DNA of 64,000 nucleotides from an uncultured Mycoplasmatota bacterium (GTDB lineage Bacteria; Bacillota_I; Bacilli_A; RF39; UBA660): NCBI GenBank assembly GCA_900549625.1, contig URPE01000004.1, positions 10,885 to 74,884 of the forward strand, read 5' to 3'. Shown piece by piece: positions 58,085 to 64,000 of this stretch (position 1 is its first letter; each line of letters starts with the position of its first letter). The notes under the pieces were generated by a model. It saw only the letters and a program-made list of their open reading frames with translations, ran no database searches and was not told where the DNA came from. The position numbers and the translations under genes were made by a program.

Positions 58085-59920
58085 ATGTGTGGAATTGCGG
58101 GCTTTATCGGTAAAGATAAAGATAAAAAGAAAATTTTAAAAAATATGTGTGATAGAATTAAACATAGAGGACCGGATGCACAAGGGTATTATGTAAAAGG
58201 TGATGTTGCACTTGGGCAACGACGACTATCAATTATTGATATTGAAGGTGGTAAACAACCAATGTTTTCTAAAGATGAAAAGTTAGTTGTGGTCTTTAAT
58301 GGTGAAATATATAATTATCAAGAATTAAAAAGTGAACTTAGTGATTATCCATTTCAAACAAATTCGGATACGGAAGTATTACTTTATGGCTATAAAGAAT
58401 GGGGTAGTGAATTACCAAAACATTTAAGAGGAATGTTTGCCTTTGCTTTATATGATATTGAAGATAAAACTTTGTTTTGTGCTAGGGATCCGTTTGGAAT
58501 AAAACCTTTTTACTATTATCAAAATGATGGCGATTTTATGTTTGCTTCAGAAATAAAAGCATTTTTAGATCATCCTAAATTTAAGAAAGAATTTAATGAA
58601 ACTATTTTGGCACCTTATTTATCATTTAGTTTTACACCAACAACTGAGACATTCTTTAAAGGTGTTAAAAGATTAGATGCTGGATATTCTTTAACTTATA
58701 AAGATGGAGAAATGAGCCTTAATCGTTATTTTGAGTTAAACTTTGATATTAAAAAAGAAGATTATGATAAGACAGTTGATAATATTAGTAAAGTTATGAC
58801 TGATAGTGTTAATCATCATATGATAAGTGATGTTGAAGTAGGGTCATTTTTATCAAGTGGTATTGATTCTTCTTATTTAGTAAGCTTAGCTAAACCTGAT
58901 AAAACGTATACAGTTGGTTATGATATACCTAGGTATGATGAAACAAACTATGCTAAGGATTTAACAGAAAAACTTGGTATTAGTAATACAAATAAAAAAA
59001 TTACTAAAGAAGAGTATATGCAAATACTACCTAAAATAATGTATCATATGGATGAACCTGCAAGTGACCCGGCAGTAGTAGCCTTATACTTTGTAGCTAA
59101 TATTGCTAGTAAGGATGTAAAGGTTGTTTTATCTGGTGAAGGGGCAGATGAGTTTTTTGGGGGATATAATTACTACCGTGAAGAAGTTGATTGCGCTTTT
59201 TATAATAAAATTCCTTTCTTTATAAGACATGGTATATCTAAATTTTTCTCTTTGTTTCCACCAGTACGGGGCATAAATTTCTTAGTAAGAAGAGGAGAAA
59301 AACTAGAAGATAGTTATATTGGTGTTAATAAAGTGTGGAGTGAAAAGGAAACTAAAAAACTTCTTAAAAATAAACCAGTAGTAGAAAATAGGGCTATAAC
59401 TAAACCAATTTATGATGAATTTAGGGATAAAAGTAATATTGTTAAAATGCAAGCTATAGATATAAATTTTTGGCTTATGAAAGATATTTTACAGAAGGCT
59501 GATCGTATGACTATGGCTAATTCTTTGGAAGGAAGAGTACCTTTTGTGGATACTGAAGTTTTTAAAGTAGCTAGTTCTTTACCTATTGAATATAAAGTTA
59601 CTAAAGAAAATACTAAGGTTGCTTTAAGGGATGCAGCTAAAAAAGTTATTCCTAATGAAGCATATAAAAAGAAAAAACTTGGATTTCCAGTACCAATTAG
59701 GGATTGGATAAAAGAAGATGATGTTTATAAAGAAGTAAAGAGAGAATTAAATAGTAAAGTAGCTAAGAAATTCTTTAATACAGAGATACTTTTAAAAATG
59801 TTAGATGAACATAAAAATGGTAAAAAAGATAATTACCGTAAAGTTTGGACTGTTTATTCATTTTTAAAATGGTATGATGTTTTCTTTTCAAGTAATGATA
59901 ATAAAAGCATAGGTTTTTAG
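58085..59920 (+). CDS. asnB: asparagine synthase (glutamine-hydrolysing)
   Basis: MCGIAGF Ntn nucleophile. SSGIDSS PP-loop. Confidence 0.9.
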   Translation: MCGIAGFIGKDKDKKKILKNMCDRIKHRGPDAQGYYVKGDVALGQRRLSIIDIEGGKQPMFSKDEKLVVVFNGEIYNYQELKSELSDYPFQTNSDTEVLLYGYKEWGSELPKHLRGMFAFALYDIEDKTLFCARDPFGIKPFYYYQNDGDFMFASEIKAFLDHPKFKKEFNETILAPYLSFSFTPTTETFFKGVKRLDAGYSLTYKDGEMSLNRYFELNFDIKKEDYDKTVDNISKVMTDSVNHHMISDVEVGSFLSSGIDSSYLVSLAKPDKTYTVGYDIPRYDETNYAKDLTEKLGISNTNKKITKEEYMQILPKIMYHMDEPASDPAVVALYFVANIASKDVKVVLSGEGADEFFGGYNYYREEVDCAFYNKIPFFIRHGISKFFSLFPPVRGINFLVRRGEKLEDSYIGVNKVWSEKETKKLLKNKPVVENRAITKPIYDEFRDKSNIVKMQAIDINFWLMKDILQKADRMTMANSLEGRVPFVDTEVFKVASSLPIEYKVTKENTKVALRDAAKKVIPNEAYKKKKLGFPVPIRDWIKEDDVYKEVKRELNSKVAKKFFNTEILLKMLDEHKNGKKDNYRKVWTVYSFLKWYDVFFSSNDNKSIGF

Positions 59921-59932
59921 TCTATGCTTTTT
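59904..59932 (+). terminator. intrinsic terminator of asnB
   Basis: AAAGCATAG/CTATGCTTT hairpin spanning the stop codon, followed by T-rich sequence. Confidence 0.55.
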
Positions 59933-60047
59933 CTGATATTTCTTTTTCTTCTTTACGGCCACATAAGGAATTTAAAGAAACTTGATAAAATAATAAAAAA
60001 TGCTAAAAAGTACTTGGTTCGACAAAATACTCACATTTAATGATATA

Positions 60048-60376
60048 TAATAGGTTGCGAACCTTTAGTTGTTAGACGCCCTCTAGAAGGGATAAGCAAA
60101 TGACGAAGAAAGATTTTTTGATCATTATTTTGATTCTGCTAATTTTTTTGTTAGTGGGATTACTTTATAAAACCATATAGCATAGAGTAATTCCTCCTTT
60201 TCTACATACTACAAAAAACGTCTAAACAATGTGTTTAGACGTCCAAACGTAAATTCGAGGACGTCTAGCTCAGAAAAACTAGAGGTTCTCTTTTTTATTA
60301 TATGAAATTTCTTTCATTACATACATATTAACATAAAAATGCTTAAAATAAAAGAGTAAATAAAAATAATTTTTAT
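60048..60376 (+). repeat. copy C of the intergenic repeat
   Basis: Collinear with copy A. Perfect hairpin CGTCTAAACA-ATG-TGTTTAGACG at 60219-60241. 10-nt long-range complement 60059-60068 / 60279-60288. Confidence 0.8.
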
Positions 60377-60451
60377 GTATTTCTTTGATATATTAACAAT
60401 AACTTGTAGGTGTCTTTTTGCTTGGTGTGCTATAATATAATTGTGATTGAT

Positions 60452-62821
60452 ATGAAGAAGAAAGAAACTAATGAATTAAAAGGATTAACAGAAAAAGAAG
60501 TAGAAGAAAGAATAACTTTAGGACTTGTTAATTATGATGATGGGCCAAAAACTAAAACCATTAAAGAAATAATTTTATCTAATATTTTAACTTACTTTAA
60601 TTTTTTAAACATGGCTCTTGGGGCTTCCGTTTTTATTGCAGGAGTTTTAGATGGGCAAGCTTTGATGGGACTAAAGAATTGTTTATTTATGGGTGTGATT
60701 ATTATTAATTCTATTATTAGTATTATAGAAGAGATTATATCAAAAAAAATAGTCGATAAATTATCTATGTTAAATGAATCAAAAATTGATACTATAAGAG
60801 ATGGTAATGTTGTATCTTTATCATTAGACGAGTTAGTTATTGATGATATTACCTTATTAAAAAGTGGGCATCAAGTGGTTGCAGATTCACTTATATTAGA
60901 TGGTAGTGTGGAGGTAAATGAATCACTTTTAACTGGGGAACCTGATTCTATCTTAAAAAAAGAAGGAGATATGGTTTTATCAGGCAGTTTCATTGTTAGT
61001 AGTAACGCTTATGCTCGTGTTACTCATGTTGGTAAAGATAACTATATTTCGGTAATATCAGCTGAGGCTAAATATGAAAGCAAAGTTCATTCAGTAATTA
61101 TGGATTCGTTTGAAAAACTACTTAAAATATTGTCATTTTTAATTATTCCTATTGGTATTATTATGTTCTTTAGTCAACTTGCTGCGACGGGTGGGTCAGT
61201 TACAGGTTCTATTTTTTATACAGTAGCGGCTTTAATTGGTATGATTCCAGAAGGTCTTGTATTACTTACTAGTTCTGTTATGGCTGTAAGTGTTATTAGG
61301 CTTTCTAAATACAAAGTTTTAGTACAACAATTATATTGTATTGAAACACTTGCACGAGTTGACGTTATATGTCTTGATAAAACAGGGACACTTACGATGG
61401 GTAAGATGCAAGTTCATGATATATTACCAAGTAAACCATATTCTAAAGAAGAGATGGCAAATATTTTAAGTATTTATGGTAGTCTTTCTAGTGATGAAAA
61501 TGCCACGATTAAGGCTATTAGAGAGAAGTTTGAGAATATAGTAGAAAGTCATAAAGAAGAAGAGTTACCTTTTTCTTCTGAAAGAAAATTTTCGGGTATT
61601 AAAGTTCAAGATATGGGGTCAATTTATTTGGGGGCACCAGAGAACTTATTAAAAAAAGATTGTTCTAAATATGAAGATGTTTTAAAAGAAAATAGTTTAG
61701 ATTACCGAGTGCTTGTCATTGCTAAAAATAGTGAACCCTTAACTAAAAATCCTACTAATTTAGAAGTTATTGGGTTTATCTTCTTAGAAGATATTATAAG
61801 AGAAAATGCTTCATCTACACTTAATTATTTGAAAAGCCAAGGTGTTTTAATTAAAATAATTTCTGGTGATAATGCTAAAACAGTAGAGGGAATTGCGAAA
61901 AAGTGTGGCTTAAATAAGTTAAATAGTGTTAATACTGATACTTTAAGTGATGAAGAGTTAGTTTCAGTGGTAGATAAAGTAAATGTCTTTGGAAGGGTAA
62001 CACCAAAACAAAAAAAATTAATTGTTAGTACCTTACAAAGTAGTGGTAAATGTGTTGCAATGACTGGTGATGGTGTGAATGATGTTTTAGCTCTAAAACA
62101 ATCTGATTGTGCTATATCTGTCGCAAGTGGTAGTGAAGCGGCAAGAAACGTATCTAAACTTGTTTTATTAAATGATGATTTTGGTTCTATTCCTTATATT
62201 TTAAAGGAAGGCAGAAGAACAATTAATAATATTGAAAGATCAGCATCTCTTTTATTAGTTAAGACTATTTATACTATTTTACTGATCTTATTTAGTGTTA
62301 TTATTTCTTCTAAATATTTCTTTATTCCTATTCAACTTACTCTTATTACAACTTTTACTATTGGTACTCCTTCATTTATTTTGGCACTTGAACCTAATAC
62401 TGATTTAGTAAAAGGTAAGTTTTTACTTAAAGTTGTTTCTAGAGCCTTACCTACTAGCTTGACAGTTTTATTTAATGTTATTCTTGTCACATGCTTTACT
62501 ATGGCTTTTAATCTTTCTTATGAAATGCAAAGCTCTTTAAGCGTTTATTTAACAGCTATAACCGGGCTTATTTATCTTTACAAAATATGTAAACCATTTA
62601 CAATTATTCGGGGGACATTATTTACTGTTATGTTAATAGGCTTCTTATTTTGTATAACTCGTGAATACGCATTTTTCAACTTAATAAAATTAAATCCGAC
62701 TAGTATTTTAATTATATTTGTTTTAGCTCTTGATTCTTTATATGTTTATAAAAGATTAAACTATTTTATTACTAAAGCTTTTCATAAATTAGATCCGACA
62801 ATTGAAGTAGAAACTATTTAG
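60452..62821 (+). CDS. cation-transporting P-type ATPase
   Basis: DKTGTLT phosphorylation site, TGEP and TGDGVNDV motifs, about 10 TM. ATG 60452 is preferred over GTG 60410, which overlaps a TGCTATAAT box. Confidence 0.85.
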   Translation: MKKKETNELKGLTEKEVEERITLGLVNYDDGPKTKTIKEIILSNILTYFNFLNMALGASVFIAGVLDGQALMGLKNCLFMGVIIINSIISIIEEIISKKIVDKLSMLNESKIDTIRDGNVVSLSLDELVIDDITLLKSGHQVVADSLILDGSVEVNESLLTGEPDSILKKEGDMVLSGSFIVSSNAYARVTHVGKDNYISVISAEAKYESKVHSVIMDSFEKLLKILSFLIIPIGIIMFFSQLAATGGSVTGSIFYTVAALIGMIPEGLVLLTSSVMAVSVIRLSKYKVLVQQLYCIETLARVDVICLDKTGTLTMGKMQVHDILPSKPYSKEEMANILSIYGSLSSDENATIKAIREKFENIVESHKEEELPFSSERKFSGIKVQDMGSIYLGAPENLLKKDCSKYEDVLKENSLDYRVLVIAKNSEPLTKNPTNLEVIGFIFLEDIIRENASSTLNYLKSQGVLIKIISGDNAKTVEGIAKKCGLNKLNSVNTDTLSDEELVSVVDKVNVFGRVTPKQKKLIVSTLQSSGKCVAMTGDGVNDVLALKQSDCAISVASGSEAARNVSKLVLLNDDFGSIPYILKEGRRTINNIERSASLLLVKTIYTILLILFSVIISSKYFFIPIQLTLITTFTIGTPSFILALEPNTDLVKGKFLLKVVSRALPTSLTVLFNVILVTCFTMAFNLSYEMQSSLSVYLTAITGLIYLYKICKPFTIIRGTLFTVMLIGFLFCITREYAFFNLIKLNPTSILIIFVLALDSLYVYKRLNYFITKAFHKLDPTIEVETI

Positions 62822-62880
62822 TTAAAAGCCCATGCAAAATTATGTGTTTATCTTATACTACTTTTGAAGGGAGCATTAGT

Positions 62881-63321
62881 ATGTTATTTGATGACACAAA
62901 TTTTAACATTGGATTTTTTGAAATTCCTGGTAGTGATTTTACAAAAGAATTACGAGCTAGTAATTTATTAAGTCCTAAAGAGGGTTTTTTAAGGGGTAAT
63001 TTATTTAAAAATGAATATGAGCCTTTTGATAATTTAACTTATTCTAAATTAGAACCAACTAGTGAAAAAGAAGCGTTATTATTTGAAATTATGGCTTTAT
63101 CTTTTGCAGTAAATGATTTGAATCTTTATTTAGATTTAAGACCAAATGATAAAGAAGCATATGATTATTTTAAAGAGTTAATTCATGATAAAAATGAGTT
63201 AGAAGAAAAATATATTAATATGTATGGACCACTTACTTTATGTGATGATGTTGGTACTAGTTATAAGTGGAGTGATAATCCTTGGCCTTGGGAAAACATG
63301 GGAGGTAGTAACTATGTTTAA
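62881..63321 (+). CDS. cotJB: spore coat protein CotJB with a CotJA-like N-terminal segment
   Basis: LYLDLRPND..YGPL..NPWPWE is the CotJB pattern. N-terminal EGFLRGNLFKNEYEPF resembles the CotJA motif. Confidence 0.6.
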   Translation: MLFDDTNFNIGFFEIPGSDFTKELRASNLLSPKEGFLRGNLFKNEYEPFDNLTYSKLEPTSEKEALLFEIMALSFAVNDLNLYLDLRPNDKEAYDYFKELIHDKNELEEKYINMYGPLTLCDDVGTSYKWSDNPWPWENMGGSNYV

Positions 63322-63871
63322 ATATGTTAAACACTTAAACTATCCTGTTAATATTAAGAATAAAGATTTAAAAATGGCTAAGTATTTACTTACGCAGTAT
63401 GGTGGGGCTAATGGTGAACTTGGGGCTGCTTTAAGATATTTTAGTCAAAAGTTTACTATGCCAGATGAAAAAGGACGGGCACTTTTAAATGATATTGCAA
63501 CTGAAGAATTTGGCCATTGTGAAATGATTTGTACAATGATTTATCAGCTTACTAAAGACGCAACTATAGAAGAATTAGAAAAAGAAGGATTGTCTTCTAT
63601 GTACACTGAACATGGTAAAGGTATATATCCTGCAAATTCTTTTGGGGATGCTTTTACAGCTAGTTATTTTGCTGTAACAGGAGACGTGATAGCCGATTTA
63701 TCAGAAGATATGGCGGCTGAGCAAAAGGCAAGGGCAACTTATGAGAATTTAATTAAGTTAACTAATGATGTCGATTTAATAAGTGTCTTATTATTCTTAA
63801 GACAAAGAGAAATAGTTCATTTTAATCGCTTTAAGGAGTTATATGATTATTATAAAAAATTAGGATATTAA
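63314..63871 (+). CDS. cotJC: spore coat protein CotJC / manganese catalase family
   Basis: YGGANGELGAALRYFSQ..EEFGHCEM ferritin-like motifs. ATG 63314 lies 8 nt after GGAGG and overlaps the cotJB stop. Confidence 0.85.
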   Translation: MFKYVKHLNYPVNIKNKDLKMAKYLLTQYGGANGELGAALRYFSQKFTMPDEKGRALLNDIATEEFGHCEMICTMIYQLTKDATIEELEKEGLSSMYTEHGKGIYPANSFGDAFTASYFAVTGDVIADLSEDMAAEQKARATYENLIKLTNDVDLISVLLFLRQREIVHFNRFKELYDYYKKLGY

Positions 63872-64000
63872 GAGTAACTTTATGGTTATTCTTTTTATAT
63901 GGTGTAATAAAATGGTAAAATAGTGAAAAAATTTCGCCGTGTCGTAATAAAATAATACTAATATTTTATAAGTGATTATTATATTAAAATTTGTCTAGTG

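Noticed and set aside
60059-60288. The 10-bp inverted repeat GAACCTTTAG/CTAGAGGTTC as boundaries of an invertible promoter or as MITE terminal inverted repeats.
   Set aside because: The repeat is imperfect in copy A and its left arm is absent from copy B. Conservation continues about 85 bp beyond the right arm, and no recombinase is nearby. RNA pairing is considered more likely, but it is unproven.
60048-60451. M-box (Mg2+) or another known riboswitch upstream of the P-type ATPase.
   Set aside because: The sequence does not resemble the M-box core as I recall it. The same element also precedes two unrelated surface-protein genes.
63224-63313. N-terminal extension of cotJC from ATG 63224, overlapping cotJB by about 100 nt.
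   Set aside because: The extension translates to non-homologous residues. ATG 63314 has a GGAGG SD, and homologs start at MFKYVKHL-like sequences.
1-64000. CRISPR arrays, an intact IS or prophage, and in-window DGR components (reverse transcriptase, template repeat).
   Set aside because: No regularly spaced direct repeats were seen. No ORF has a YxDD-type RT motif or transposase catalytic domain. No second copy of the 46773-46895 segment was found by eye.

Overview
Low-GC (about 30% by eye) Firmicutes-type chromosomal segment using the standard code (TGA is a stop, TGG is Trp). Nearly all genes are on the + strand. Housekeeping genes are gap, aspS and leuS (each behind a T-box leader), nifJ/PFOR, der, uvrA, tex, asnB, hsp20 behind a CIRCE-like operator, cotJB/cotJC, tRNA-Thr and tRNA-Gly. 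They are interleaved with a dense cell-surface repertoire: (i) an Rgp/teichoic-like ABC-transporter-dependent polysaccharide locus (6.4-17.6 kb); (ii) four paralogous secreted proteins with TasA/SipW-like N-terminal signals and a shared C-terminal domain (2467, 25725, 26956, 45462); (iii) two class B sortases plus three or four substrates with NP(Q/D)TG sorting signals; (iv) two orphan type IV pilin-like genes, one fused to Listeria-Bacteroides repeats. Four signals deserve a second look. First, two G10 homopolymer tracts are placed to switch two adjacent surface-protein genes, one in the first codons (gene currently out of frame) and one in a promoter spacer. Second, a non-coding repeat of about 330 bp occurs in three same-orientation copies just upstream of + strand genes, with an outward promoter and hairpins that show compensatory substitutions. 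Third, a 123-bp adenine-depleted segment rich in C-ending codons sits at the 3' end of paralog 45462 and looks like a DGR variable region, although no RT or template repeat is in this window. Fourth, there are unusual fusions: sortase B with a 270-aa N-terminal domain, pilin with adhesin repeats, and MATE with a kinase-like domain. No CRISPR array, intact transposase or prophage was seen. All motif calls come from reading the translations, with no database search. Coordinates of non-ORF features are hand-counted and may be off by 1-2 nt.
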